Notes under the pieces: model-generated | Seen by the model: the letters and a program-made list of their open reading frames with translations, nothing else | Told to the model about the DNA's origin: nothing | The model's database searches: none | Shown here: one piece after another, positions 36,457-46,628 of the stretch | Layout: the number at the start of each line of letters is the position of its first letter | How positions within the stretch are numbered: position 1 is the stretch's first letter | Origin: a virus | DNA length: 64,000 bases | Direction: 5' to 3' (one strand) | IMG/VR virus record: IMGVR_UViG_3300045116_000451 | Location: 1-64,000 of that record | Position numbers and translations under genes: made by a program

Positions 36457-36909
36457 ATGTACGACGAATTGTTGGCCGCGCGGGCCGTCGCGGATGCGGA
36501 GCGCTGGTGTCTCGACTCCGGCGTACCGTCTCTCGTGCGACCCGCGCGCGATGGCTACGACATGCGGACGGCGCTTCTGCGGCACGTCGCGACCGCGATC
36601 GAAGACACGCTCGGCATGCCGGCCCTGGACGTGCGCCACACGCGCAGCTACGATGAGCGCGCATCCCCGCGCGAGCACGCGCTGCAGCTGCGAGACAACG
36701 TGGTCACGGCCGTTGCGGCGACCATGTCGCACCTCGGACTGCCCGACTCCGTGCAGGTCACGGTGCAACCTGTCTCGCGCATGTCGTTCGGTTCCTCGAA
36801 GCGAACCGTCGTGATCGTCGAGCTTTGCATGGCAGGGGTCGAGCCCCCTCTGTGCGCGATCTGGGACACCGAAATGCTAGGAGAACCATCATGCGAAAGT
36901 ATCTTTTGA
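36457..36909 (+). CDS. Hypothetical protein
   Basis: Starts right after the helicase stop. Confidence 0.55.
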   Translation: MYDELLAARAVADAERWCLDSGVPSLVRPARDGYDMRTALLRHVATAIEDTLGMPALDVRHTRSYDERASPREHALQLRDNVVTAVAATMSHLGLPDSVQVTVQPVSRMSFGSSKRTVVIVELCMAGVEPPLCAIWDTEMLGEPSCESIF

Positions 36910-37229
36910 ACAGCGCCGTGATCACATCGCCGGGCATGTATTGCTACGAGCACGTCGATCTGGACGAAGCAACCAAGTGGCTCGAAGCCGGCGATTGGAC
37001 GAGCACCATCGGTTACCCGGAGACGGCCGAGGCCCTGTCGGAGCTGACCGGGCTGCGCATCCCGGTGAACCGGAGCGTCGTCACGATGCAGCCGGGCGAC
37101 CAGGCGCTCGTGTTCCGGCTCGTGCTGCCACCGGGCGCCCGTCGGGTCGCCCCCGGCGCCAAGGGCGGCCTGGGCGTGGGCTACATCCTGCAGCACTGCG
37201 AGATCGGCCTGCTCGAACGGGTTTCCTGA
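36891..37229 (+). CDS. DUF1874 / STIV B116 / AcrIII-1-like protein (GH changed to GY)
   Basis: YLLNS..A..WL..STIGYPETAEALSELTG..IPVNR..MQPGDQALVFRL. Confidence 0.75.
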   Translation: MRKYLLNSAVITSPGMYCYEHVDLDEATKWLEAGDWTSTIGYPETAEALSELTGLRIPVNRSVVTMQPGDQALVFRLVLPPGARRVAPGAKGGLGVGYILQHCEIGLLERVS

Positions 37230-37283
37230 GAAACTCCCGCCGGGGGCTTGACTCCCCACGCACAGATAAAGCACACTCTACGT

Positions 37284-38030
37284 ATGCAGGGTGACGGTCC
37301 CGCCATTCGACGCCACCTCGACGCACGCCTGGTCAGCTACGCGCTGTCCGTGGTCGAGGGCAAGATGGACCAGGAGCTGGCCGGCACGCTCCAGACGTGC
37401 GCTGCGGCCTGTCTTCAAGCCGCGAGCGGCATCCTGGCGCTCGTGATGGCCTGCCGGGCAACGGCGCGCGCGCCGGCCCTGGTGCGCCTGCTCGACGCCA
37501 AGCAGCGCGAACGCTTGACCACGCTTCTCGAAAGCGTCGCCGAGGTGGTCGAGGACTCGTGGAAAGGTCAGCTGCAGGAAGTCATGGAGGTGGTGGTCGT
37601 CATGGCGTGCTCGACCACGGACGATCCCGAAGTCGAAGCGAACCTGCGCAGCTGGGCTCACGGGCTGCGCCTGGACACGCGCGCGCTCGCAGTACACGAG
37701 GACGAGGACACGATCGAGGACGTCGTCGAACCCGACACGCCCATGCACCGCAGGGAGCACAAGCGCCGATCGCGCTCGTCGCGCTCGGCCTACCAGAAGG
37801 AACGCTGCGACAACCTGGTCGCACGCGCCGTTTCGATGGGCGTTCACACGACGCGGCCGCTTCTCGCGAACGGACAGGTCGTGATCATCGGCCAGGCGCC
37901 TCGGGGACAGGCGAGGCTCGCGAAGCTGCGGGGCTCCATGGCCGAAGCCGAGGTGCTCTGCAAGCAGATCAACGAGCAGATCCGCCAGCTCGGCGTCGGC
38001 GAGCCGAAGCTATCTCAGGCCGTGGGATGA
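37284..38030 (+). CDS. Hypothetical protein
   Basis: Helical N-terminal part; ATGA-coupled to the recombinase. Confidence 0.6.
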   Translation: MQGDGPAIRRHLDARLVSYALSVVEGKMDQELAGTLQTCAAACLQAASGILALVMACRATARAPALVRLLDAKQRERLTTLLESVAEVVEDSWKGQLQEVMEVVVVMACSTTDDPEVEANLRSWAHGLRLDTRALAVHEDEDTIEDVVEPDTPMHRREHKRRSRSSRSAYQKERCDNLVARAVSMGVHTTRPLLANGQVVIIGQAPRGQARLAKLRGSMAEAEVLCKQINEQIRQLGVGEPKLSQAVG

Positions 38031-41000
38031 TCGAGCCCGAGGACACGCTCACGGCGGTGCCGAACCGAGCCGACGCGCTCGGCGCGTTCGGCGAGCTTGC
38101 GAACGGCCAGGCGGGCTACAAGGAATCGCGATACGCGCAGGCGATCCGCTCGCTCGTCGAGCGGCTCATGATGAGGGCGACTTCGATCCAGCAAGTGCGC
38201 GGCAAGCGCCGGCTGCGAGAGCGCCCGCAAGACCGCTCGAACAGCGTCAAGACGTACGTCAAGGCGCTGGAGCTGTTTTCGTACTGGTCGGTCACGATCT
38301 ACGGCCGTGAGCTGGACCCGGCCGAGGTCACGACGGCCGTCGTCGGCGATTACGTGTCGTGGCTCCGGGCGGACGCGACGCGTGCCATCGCGAACGCATC
38401 GCCCGAGCAGCAACAACGGCGCGAGGAATACGTCAAGACGCGTCTCGCAGTGCGGCGGCTCATGATCCGCGCATCCGGCACGGATGCGATCCAGGTGCAC
38501 GACGCTGCCCTCAGCGCGATCGAGACGTACGGACAGGCGAACATCCACCAAATCTACGAGGCGCTGCCTCCCAGGGTTCGAGACCGTTACGTGCTGCCGA
38601 AGCAAGATGCACGCGTGCCCCTGGACTACTCGCAGCTGCACCGCGTGCTCAACACCTTGCTCCGAGCGCACAGAGTGATCGAACGCAGCCCAAGCTCGCG
38701 CCAGATCCGCTCCCGGAAGGGCTACATCTGGTCGACCGAAGAGCGCGATCCGCTCATTTACCGCTACCTTCTGGCAAGGGTGACGCCGCTCAAAGAAACG
38801 AGCGTTTCGACGCACCTTTCGGCTCTGAGCGCTGTTTGGCGCGAAATGCTCAAGCGCACGGACCAGGGCCCCGCACCCCTGGTGTTCAACCCGTGGGCAG
38901 ACGCGCTCAGCCAGTCGTCGTGGAGGGTACGCGCGCAGAAGACGGCCGAACGATCACAGCTCGTGCCGAGCAAAGCGCTCACCAAGCCCATTGTGCGAGC
39001 GCTTTTTGGCGCCGCTTCGGGACCGGCGCTGGAGCAGCGGCGCGACAAGCTGGCGCTGGCGCTTCTCACCTGGCTCGGGCTTCGGGCCGAGGAAGTCGTC
39101 GGGGCGCTGCGGGCGGACCTGGGCACGCGCGAGGGCGCGATGGCGCTCACGGTCTACGGCAAGGGCAACAAGGCGCGCCTGGTGCCCGTCTTCGCGGAAA
39201 TCCGGCAGGCGTTTGAGCTGCTGAACGACACGCTTGGGTCGATGACCCGTGAGACGTTCGTCGGCGAGGACGGCCAGCGAAGGCCCACCTACAGCGCGCG
39301 TTACGCGATGGCGCTGCTCGAACCGGACGCGCCGCTCGTGCCTTCGCTCGTGCGCTGGGGCACGAACGTACGCACGGGCGATCCAGAAGCCGACGCACGC
39401 AACCCGCTGGACACCTCGGGTCTGCGGGCGCTCGTGTGCAAGCTCGGCGACCGAGCGAGGGTGCGCGTGGTCGCGACCGGTGAGATCCGGGCGCTCGACA
39501 CGTCCGAGCGGGCGCGTGTGCACCCGCACGCCTTCCGGCACTACGCCGCCACCGCGGCTTCCGAGGGGGGCGTGAGCATGGTCAAGATCAAGGGTCTGCT
39601 CGGCCACGAGTCGATCCGCACGACCGAAGGCTACGTAGAGGTGCCGGCCGAGACGAGCGTCGAGGTGTCGGTGGCGATCTACAGGGCGACGGAGGGGGGC
39701 GAGGCGATGACGGCCGATGAGCTTTCGTCGGCGAGGGTGCGGTCCTCGGCGATCGAGCAGCCGGAGATCGAAGGGGTCGTGGTGCAGCCGGCGAGGGTGG
39801 TTGGAACGGCGCCGGCGGTTTCTCCTTTGGCTGGCTCGGCGCGTGTGGATCCGGGCGAGAAGGTCGCAAGCCCTGGCTGGGCCTACGTGCCGGGATCGGA
39901 AAAGACGATCGCGTACATCCCGCGTGGGATGACCGCGGTCGCGTTCTCGCGGCATGTGCAGTCGCAGGCCCAAGGGGCGAGGGCACGGGCGGAGAAGGCT
40001 CGCGAGACGGGCGACGCCAAGACGTACGAGAGCGCGCTCGCGGAGTACGTCGTGTGGCGCTCGAAGTACCTTTACGTGACCATGCGACAGGGCGAAAAGA
40101 GCAAGCTCGCGTGGTGGACTGGACGGGCTGGACGATGGCAGGGGCTGGAGCGCGCGCCGATCATGGGACCTTCGCAGCTCGGGCCTGAGACCGATCGGGA
40201 TCGAATCGTCACGGACGGCTTGAAAGCGCTGTACGAAGCGTTCTGGGAGACGCGTGGGCCGACGAGCGCTTCGGCTCTTGCCGTGTGGGTCGGTGAGATG
40301 GTGGACACGGCTGCAGGCGTGTTTGCCAGGGCCATGGTCGAGAGGGGCGACAGCTGGGTGGCCTACGACGAGCCGGCGGCGCCGGTCGAGCCTGTGGTGC
40401 GCATGCACCGCTCCGAGGCGATTCTGGAATGGTTCGAGCGCTGGGGCTGGAGCTACCGCGTGACGGGCGAAAAGGGTTCCGAGCGAGGCGGCAACGTTGC
40501 CCTGGCCGAGTTGGAAAGCTTACCGGAGTGGTTCTGGCTGGAGGACCCTCTGCTCGCGCTGCCAGCTGCGGAGCGCCGGCAGCTTCGCTTGTGGATCGAG
40601 CAGCTGCAGGCGCTGCGCCCGTCGCCTGGGCGTCTTGCCGAGGCGGTCGAGCAGATGGTGGACATCATGCGGGCATACCGCAAGCTCGGCCGCGCCTACG
40701 AACAGCGTCTCGAGCGAGAAGGTCGAGAAGAGCTTTCGCCCGAGCTGAAGCTGATGGGCGATCGGCTGCGCGGGATGGAGGGCGCGTTCGCGCAGCAGGC
40801 GTTTAGGCTGTGGCCTACGTTGCGCGAGCCCCTGAGCGCGGCCGCGATCGTGATGGGTCCTGGCCTGCCCTTCAGGGATCGGCTCGCGAAGGCGCTGCGG
40901 GCCCAAGGGATCGACATGGGCAACGCTTCGCAGGCACGCCTGGATCCTGTGCTGCTGCCCGAGGATGCAAGAGCTGGCACGCACGTCTTCGATGCCGCGC

Positions 41001-42208
41001 GTCTTCGCTTCGACGCAAGGGACACGATCGTGCACACGGCTGCGGACAAGCGAGCATGGTTCGAGCAGTTCGGAACGGACTCCGAGTGCGTGGCGCGGCG
41101 GGCTGTGCGCGTTCTGTGGGAGCGTCGGCAGCGTCTTCTCCGATCGCAGGCGCACACGCTCGTGTCGCGACACCTCGACATGTGGCTGGCCTCGCTCATA
41201 CCGTGCCCGGCCGAGATCGAAGAGCGCATGAAGTCGAAGGGCTGGAAGCCGCCGGCTAGCGCCGAGGAAAGGCTCGAAACTTCGGCGGCGGCTTGGCGTG
41301 CGCTCATGGCGGCGATCCGCCGCAGCCTGGGACAGCCGGACCCGGAGGTGTCCCAGCAGGCCGAGCAGGGGGCCGTGGAGCTATTCGCGCCCGAGGTGCC
41401 CGAGGTGCAGGCGATCGTGGCCGAGGGCGCCGAGCAGCCCGTGGCCGTGAGCCCGGAGCGCTTCGAGGCAACGGGCGAGCTTCCCCAGGAAGCGACGGCG
41501 CCTGCCGCCGCAGCGGCGCCGGAGCCTGCTGTAGTACCGCAAGCGGCGGCGAGCGCGCTGCGCGCGTCCGCCCAGCGAGACGGCGACCTCATCGCGATCG
41601 ACGCGCGAGCGCTGTTCGATACGGCCTCCGGCAAGGTCACCTGGCTCGTGCTCACGGCAGGTGCGGCGGTGCTGGGCTGGCCCGCGGACCTGCTCCGCAA
41701 GTTCGGGGCGGGGGCCGGCAGAGTTGCGAAGGTGGCCCTGCTGGACGTCGGCGGCGCCCGCTTGATCTTTCGCTGGCCGGGCGACAAGGGAGGCTTCGTG
41801 CTGCCGGCGAAGGTGTCGGCTCCGCCCGAGGGCGAGACGGTCACCCTCGTGGACGTGACGCCTGCCGAGGAGCGAGCGACCCCGAACCCCCCATGGGCCG
41901 ACCCTAACCAGCAAGCGGCCCAGTGGCCCGGCTATCCAGGAGTGGACCCCGCTGACCAAGGCTCAGCGCTCATGGATTGCATCGCGTGGCCCGAGCAACG
42001 AGAAGCCGAGCCGACGCCCATCGACCGCTGGAGGCTCGCGTGCGCGATGCGCACCTACTCGATCTTGAAGCGCGCCGAGGCCGGAGCGCTCGGGGGACGG
42101 GTGCCGTCCGGCTGGAGCCGTTCTCCCCAGGCAGCCCTGCCGAACGCGGTGCCATCGGTGCTGCCGCACCCGATCGACGTCGCGATGGCCGCCGCTCGCT
42201 CGACCTAG
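38027..42208 (+). CDS. Giant tyrosine recombinase (1393 aa) with long C-terminal extension
   Basis: GLRAEE (R), GKGNK (K), HAFRH (HxxR), LLGH and TTEGY (Y) catalytic set. Confidence 0.85.
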   Translation: MIEPEDTLTAVPNRADALGAFGELANGQAGYKESRYAQAIRSLVERLMMRATSIQQVRGKRRLRERPQDRSNSVKTYVKALELFSYWSVTIYGRELDPAEVTTAVVGDYVSWLRADATRAIANASPEQQQRREEYVKTRLAVRRLMIRASGTDAIQVHDAALSAIETYGQANIHQIYEALPPRVRDRYVLPKQDARVPLDYSQLHRVLNTLLRAHRVIERSPSSRQIRSRKGYIWSTEERDPLIYRYLLARVTPLKETSVSTHLSALSAVWREMLKRTDQGPAPLVFNPWADALSQSSWRVRAQKTAERSQLVPSKALTKPIVRALFGAASGPALEQRRDKLALALLTWLGLRAEEVVGALRADLGTREGAMALTVYGKGNKARLVPVFAEIRQAFELLNDTLGSMTRETFVGEDGQRRPTYSARYAMALLEPDAPLVPSLVRWGTNVRTGDPEADARNPLDTSGLRALVCKLGDRARVRVVATGEIRALDTSERARVHPHAFRHYAATAASEGGVSMVKIKGLLGHESIRTTEGYVEVPAETSVEVSVAIYRATEGGEAMTADELSSARVRSSAIEQPEIEGVVVQPARVVGTAPAVSPLAGSARVDPGEKVASPGWAYVPGSEKTIAYIPRGMTAVAFSRHVQSQAQGARARAEKARETGDAKTYESALAEYVVWRSKYLYVTMRQGEKSKLAWWTGRAGRWQGLERAPIMGPSQLGPETDRDRIVTDGLKALYEAFWETRGPTSASALAVWVGEMVDTAAGVFARAMVERGDSWVAYDEPAAPVEPVVRMHRSEAILEWFERWGWSYRVTGEKGSERGGNVALAELESLPEWFWLEDPLLALPAAERRQLRLWIEQLQALRPSPGRLAEAVEQMVDIMRAYRKLGRAYEQRLEREGREELSPELKLMGDRLRGMEGAFAQQAFRLWPTLREPLSAAAIVMGPGLPFRDRLAKALRAQGIDMGNASQARLDPVLLPEDARAGTHVFDAARLRFDARDTIVHTAADKRAWFEQFGTDSECVARRAVRVLWERRQRLLRSQAHTLVSRHLDMWLASLIPCPAEIEERMKSKGWKPPASAEERLETSAAAWRALMAAIRRSLGQPDPEVSQQAEQGAVELFAPEVPEVQAIVAEGAEQPVAVSPERFEATGELPQEATAPAAAAAPEPAVVPQAAASALRASAQRDGDLIAIDARALFDTASGKVTWLVLTAGAAVLGWPADLLRKFGAGAGRVAKVALLDVGGARLIFRWPGDKGGFVLPAKVSAPPEGETVTLVDVTPAEERATPNPPWADPNQQAAQWPGYPGVDPADQGSALMDCIAWPEQREAEPTPIDRWRLACAMRTYSILKRAEAGALGGRVPSGWSRSPQAALPNAVPSVLPHPIDVAMAAARST

Positions 42209-42516
42209 CCGCCGTACCCCCCATCGGGACCGATCTGGAAGCAGTCGGGCTGATAGAGGTACAGGTAGGTGACCTCGGGCCGGTTCTCGGCGGAAACGCG
42301 TTTTTCGATGAGTTCGGCGCCGACCGATTGCTGTACTCGCTTTTTCGCAAGCGGGTATGTGCGCTCGACGTTGGTTGCCCCACCGTAGTCTTGCGCGCGC
42401 TGCGCGAGAAACATGGTCGAAGAAACGCGCGTGATCGTGCCCACGAGCTTGCAGCCGAGGGGCGCTGCCATGAGGCCGTCACCGTAGGGGTTGTCGCCGT
42501 ACTGTCCGATTGCCAT
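42205..42516 (-). CDS. Hypothetical protein (103 aa)
   Basis: MAIGQYGDNPYG start; convergent with the recombinase. Confidence 0.55.
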   Translation of the reverse strand: MAIGQYGDNPYGDGLMAAPLGCKLVGTITRVSSTMFLAQRAQDYGGATNVERTYPLAKKRVQQSVGAELIEKRVSAENRPEVTYLYLYQPDCFQIGPDGGYGG

Positions 42517-42602
42517 GATCAAAGGATACGCCGCGCTGGCGCTCGTGGCAAGACGGTGCGCCCGGCTTCTCGGATCTCGCGTTGCGCTGGTAGAGTGATC
42601 CG

Positions 42603-43109
42603 GTGCTTGAGGCCGAGCAGAGCAGCGCGACCGTCTCCGTCGAGTCGGGCAGAATCGCCATCGTGCCCGTGCGGAAGCGCCCCTCTCGGGTGCTCTCGGA
42701 GTACTCGCTGTGCCTGCCGGCTGCGCAAGGTCGCTACGCCGTGCTGGTCGAGCCCGAGGTGAGGCCACGTCGGGGCGTGGTGACACGGCTGTCAATCCGG
42801 CGCGAGCAGGACGGGGCCGTCTCCGAGTCGAAACCGGGGCGGTTCGCGCTCAGCGTGCTGGCGCCGTTTCTGTACGTCGGCGATCCCGGCTTCCTGTACG
42901 GCAAGGAAGAAGTCGAAGAAGAAAAGCGCGCGATTTACGCGAGCACGGAGCCCCGATCCGCTGGCTCGTATCGAACGCGCGGTGGCGATGTCGCCGTGTG
43001 CGTGCGCATCGGCGGGAAGCTAGCTTCGCTCAGGGGGCAAACCCGCCTGGACGCGGCTGACGCGTTGGACGAGCTTGTGCTGGACCGGCTGCCCGACCCA
43101 GAAGCGTGA
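42603..43109 (+). CDS. Hypothetical protein
   Basis: GTG start; fills the gap. Confidence 0.5.
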   Translation: MLEAEQSSATVSVESGRIAIVPVRKRPSRVLSEYSLCLPAAQGRYAVLVEPEVRPRRGVVTRLSIRREQDGAVSESKPGRFALSVLAPFLYVGDPGFLYGKEEVEEEKRAIYASTEPRSAGSYRTRGGDVAVCVRIGGKLASLRGQTRLDAADALDELVLDRLPDPEA

Positions 43110-43110
43110 C

Positions 43111-43446
43111 TCACTGCGCGGGCGCGACGACGGCGGGCGCCGAGCCGGTCGCGCTCACAAGCTCGATCTTGCCGGCGATCCAGCAAGCCACGATGTTGTC
43201 CGGGTCGAGCGCGACGTCGATGCTCGTGCGGGGATCGGTCGGGTTGGCGTACGTGAGGATGGGTTGTCCGTTCTGGAGCCTGAGCTTGCCCTCGACGTGG
43301 TCGAGCGCGATCGGGGTGTTCGCGTATTGATCGGAGCCGCGCATTGCCATCGGCACGAAAGACCGCCCGGAGTAGCCGAGCAGAAACACGGCCTGCTTGA
43401 GTTGCACGAACACGATCTCGCCTTCCGCGAAGGACAAGTTGATCAT
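43111..43446 (-). CDS. Hypothetical beta-rich protein
   Basis: AGGAG RBS; ATGA coupling. Confidence 0.6.
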   Translation of the reverse strand: MINLSFAEGEIVFVQLKQAVFLLGYSGRSFVPMAMRGSDQYANTPIALDHVEGKLRLQNGQPILTYANPTDPRTSIDVALDPDNIVACWIAGKIELVSATGSAPAVVAPAQ

Positions 43447-44537
43447 TGGTATTTTCTCCTGATGTCGTCCATCCAAGGTTGGATCTGGCGTGACCAGACC
43501 CACGCATGTGATAGCGTTTGTGCTTGGGCCACGGCGTCGCTGGCGTTCTGTTGCGCGTCACGCCGAGCTTGCTCGAGCGATTCCTTGATTGCGTGCGGGC
43601 TCGAATGGGGGGCGGTGCCGCCCGCGTCATAGATGGCCGGACCTTGACCGTCGAACGGAACGGGCACGACGCCGGGGATGGGCGCACCGTCCCGCAGCGC
43701 CCACTGCCGATGCCCCCCGCACAAGGTAACGATGACCGGAACGCCGCAGCAAAGGGCTTCCAGCGGGCAGAGGCCGAACCCTTCCCCGCGCGAAGGCTGC
43801 ACCACGTAGTCGAAACACGAATAGACCCAGCGCATGCGCTCGGGAGCTGCGTTCAAGCGGCCCATGATCGAAACGTGGTCCACGTGTTCGTCGTACTCGT
43901 CTTCGAGGCGCGCGCGCGCCACGGCGAGTTGGGAGGCGGACACGACCACGGTCAAGTGAGCTTCGCGCCGATGGTCCCAGTCGGTGAACGCTCGGATGAG
44001 CGGCCAGGTGCCTTTTCTCTCCGTGCTCGACTCGGCCAGGTGAAGCAACGACAGCCCTGGCTTACGAAAGGCAGAAAACAGCTCGCTCGCTTCGAACTCG
44101 GCGCGCTCTTCTTTCGCGATAGGCGTCATGCACTCGGACACGCCGTGAGGCACTACGGTGACCGGCAAGATGAACTCGGGCGGTGCGCCATCCACGATGA
44201 CTTTCTTGGACCACTCGCTTGGCGTGAGCAGGCCCGTGCAAGAGCACATGACCGCATCGTAGATAGAAGGTGGTACCCAAGTTGAATTCGCCGCAAGCAT
44301 GAACAGGCGCTCTTCGTGCCCGAACATGGCCATGTACCCGATCTCGAAAGGCAGCCCGCACACGAGCCCGACCGGCGCACCGGCTCCATGGCTTCCGACC
44401 TCGACGTCACCGATTCTGTTTGCGTAGCTCACGGAACCGGCGAGCAGGTTTTCTCGGTCGAGCGCGCTTGCGATACCGTGCGTGACGACCTGAAACGAGC
44501 CCCAGCCGACGGTCGAGCCGTAGACGCGCACGATCAT
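43443..44537 (-). CDS. GT4 (GT-B) glycosyltransferase
   Basis: VVPHGV, RKG, PSRGEGFGLCPLEALCCGVPVI. Confidence 0.9.
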   Translation of the reverse strand: MIVRVYGSTVGWGSFQVVTHGIASALDRENLLAGSVSYANRIGDVEVGSHGAGAPVGLVCGLPFEIGYMAMFGHEERLFMLAANSTWVPPSIYDAVMCSCTGLLTPSEWSKKVIVDGAPPEFILPVTVVPHGVSECMTPIAKEERAEFEASELFSAFRKPGLSLLHLAESSTERKGTWPLIRAFTDWDHRREAHLTVVVSASQLAVARARLEDEYDEHVDHVSIMGRLNAAPERMRWVYSCFDYVVQPSRGEGFGLCPLEALCCGVPVIVTLCGGHRQWALRDGAPIPGVVPVPFDGQGPAIYDAGGTAPHSSPHAIKESLEQARRDAQQNASDAVAQAQTLSHAWVWSRQIQPWMDDIRRKYQ

Positions 44538-45934
44538 GGGCGCTCTCCGTCCACGTTGATTCCCGCGGTTGGTGTCGAAGACCGACTAGTGAGTCGATCG
44601 ACTTCACTGCGCATCTTGGCGCCGACGCGGTCGAGCGTGTAGGGGCTCGAATCGAACGCGTGCACGTAGTCGTCGCGTGACCTGAACGCGTAGACCAGGG
44701 CGACCTGAAGATGCGTCACACCGAAAGCCGACCAGACCGTGCCGACAGGCATCGCATACCAGCTCGGAATTTCGTAGCCCCATTCAGATTCGCCGATGCG
44801 AATGTCGCTCGGCGTGGCGTAATCGGAAGGGCCACCAAAGCCAGAGTAAATCAAGCGCAAGCCCATGACCTTCGCGTCGAACGCGGGCAAGTCGAATCCT
44901 TCGAAACGCCCGCTCGACACGTAGCAGTCGCACTCGGCGTACAAGCGTGCCAAGTCCGCGCGGTCGAAGCGCTGGTTCCAGAAGACGCGAATCTTCGCCA
45001 GGGCCTGCTCGCGCGTCCACAGGGAAGCCGAATAGCTAGTCAGGAAAGCTGCGTCGATGCTTTCGTAGGGGGTCGAGGGGTAGCCGGGGCTGCGCGCGAA
45101 TGGCATGCATTTGAGGACAAGCTCGACCGGGTCGTCCGGAGAAAACGCCGAAAGGAAAGCTTCGACAAGCTCGTGCTGCGCTTTGCGCGGTTCCCATTTG
45201 CCGACGTGAAGAAAGCGATACGGTCGAGGTGCGCTCGAACGAGGCGTCGTGCGCATTGGATCCCGAAACGCCATGGGATGCGGGATGATCGCGATCTTGG
45301 AGCGGTCGAGGCCGCATGCGACGAGACCTTCTGCGTTGTGCCGGCACGGCACCCAGACACCGCCGAGCCGTCCGAGAAGCTCTACGGTTTCGGAGCCGAG
45401 CGTTTGTGTCTCGAAAGCCGCAAAGAGCACCGTCGAGGCGCGCGCGGCCGAGCGTTCTTCTCGTGTGCCCTGCGCGAGCCAGGCATTGCGAGCGACGCGT
45501 TCGACGTTGGCAATGCTCGGCACGACGTGACGGATGACGAGCGCGGTCTTCCCGTGCCTCAGATCCGCAACGTGGCCGATCTCGTCTCGGACGCTCTGGG
45601 GCAATTCCGAGTAGGTCACGCGCTCGACGAGCCCGTCGTTCGAGTGCGTGTGGCTCTCGCTTTGCAGAAACACGGGCAGGCCCGTGCGGCGCAGAGCGCA
45701 GGCGTTGCGACGAACGGCTACGCATACGCCGTCGGCCTCTGTTTCGTAGGGCCCTCGATAGATGACGCCGACGGAGTACTGGGCACCGTGCCCAGGCGCG
45801 AAGACAGGACCTTCAGCTTCGAGTTCCTGCTCGGCTCGTGTGCGTTCTTCGGCCGCGTCCCGATCGGCTCGTTCTGCGAGCGCTTGCTGGTAGCGCTCGA
45901 GGTCCTCGGCGCAGACGTGGGGGTCGCCAGGCAC
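44534..45934 (-). CDS. GT4 (GT-B) glycosyltransferase
   Basis: VWVPCRHN, GKWEPRKA, SGRFEGFDLPAFDA. Confidence 0.88.
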   Translation of the reverse strand: MPGDPHVCAEDLERYQQALAERADRDAAEERTRAEQELEAEGPVFAPGHGAQYSVGVIYRGPYETEADGVCVAVRRNACALRRTGLPVFLQSESHTHSNDGLVERVTYSELPQSVRDEIGHVADLRHGKTALVIRHVVPSIANVERVARNAWLAQGTREERSAARASTVLFAAFETQTLGSETVELLGRLGGVWVPCRHNAEGLVACGLDRSKIAIIPHPMAFRDPMRTTPRSSAPRPYRFLHVGKWEPRKAQHELVEAFLSAFSPDDPVELVLKCMPFARSPGYPSTPYESIDAAFLTSYSASLWTREQALAKIRVFWNQRFDRADLARLYAECDCYVSSGRFEGFDLPAFDAKVMGLRLIYSGFGGPSDYATPSDIRIGESEWGYEIPSWYAMPVGTVWSAFGVTHLQVALVYAFRSRDDYVHAFDSSPYTLDRVGAKMRSEVDRLTSRSSTPTAGINVDGERP

Positions 45935-45937
45935 GGG

Positions 45938-46597
45938 TCACCTCGTGCGGTACAGGCGGTTCTTGTGCACCTTGAACGTGCAACCGCAGCCGACGCCCGC
46001 GCACCGGAGCGCGTCCGTGTCCATGATTGTGCCCGCGCTGCGGTAGAACTCCCGACCACCCGGCACCGTCGGGTTTTCGGCCCATCGGACCTCTCCCGCG
46101 CCTTTTTCGTCGATGTGCCAAGCCCGGTTTTTGTCGGAGACGCGACATTGCGCGAAGCCCTGGTTCACGCCGCGAGCGACGCATTCAGGGCAGACGAAAA
46201 TGAGGATCTTTTCGCCCGTGATGTCGTCGGTCACAAGCTCACAAAGCTCGGTGATGGCCCGGCCGTCGCGGTACTCATAATAGAGCGCCACTTTGGGGCT
46301 CGCGACCGGATCGGCGAACTGGTGAGCGTACAGAGCCGCTCCACCGTGCTCGATCGGGATCGCTCCGAGCTTGTTTTCTGCGTCGTATTCTGCTCGGCGA
46401 GCTTTCGCGTCCGCAACTTGCTCGGCGAGCTGCGTGTCGAACCGGCTGCTCGTCGTGCCCCCTTGGACCCAGGTCGTCAGCTTGTAGGGCCCTTCAGCAG
46501 GCGGCTCGGCCGCACTGGGCGTCTCGGGCGACGCGGGCTCGCTCGGAGCGTCAGTCGGTTGCTCTGGGATGCAGGAGCTTTCTTCGGCCTGGCTCAT
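45938..46597 (-). CDS. Hypothetical Zn-binding protein
   Basis: CPEC..CAGVGC. Confidence 0.6.
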   Translation of the reverse strand: MSQAEESSCIPEQPTDAPSEPASPETPSAAEPPAEGPYKLTTWVQGGTTSSRFDTQLAEQVADAKARRAEYDAENKLGAIPIEHGGAALYAHQFADPVASPKVALYYEYRDGRAITELCELVTDDITGEKILIFVCPECVARGVNQGFAQCRVSDKNRAWHIDEKGAGEVRWAENPTVPGGREFYRSAGTIMDTDALRCAGVGCGCTFKVHKNRLYRTR

Positions 46598-46628
46598 GCG
46601 GTGAAAATCGCACGAAGCCTCGGAGCGA

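Noticed and set aside
37397-38026. N-terminal 210 aa of the 1603-aa ORF call
   Set aside because: Overlaps the better gene 37284-38030 in another frame and has shadow-like Arg-rich composition; ATG 38027 is coupled to that gene's stop
38027-42208. Shufflon or invertible segment driven by the recombinase
   Set aside because: No flanking inverted repeats or alternative 3' cassettes found
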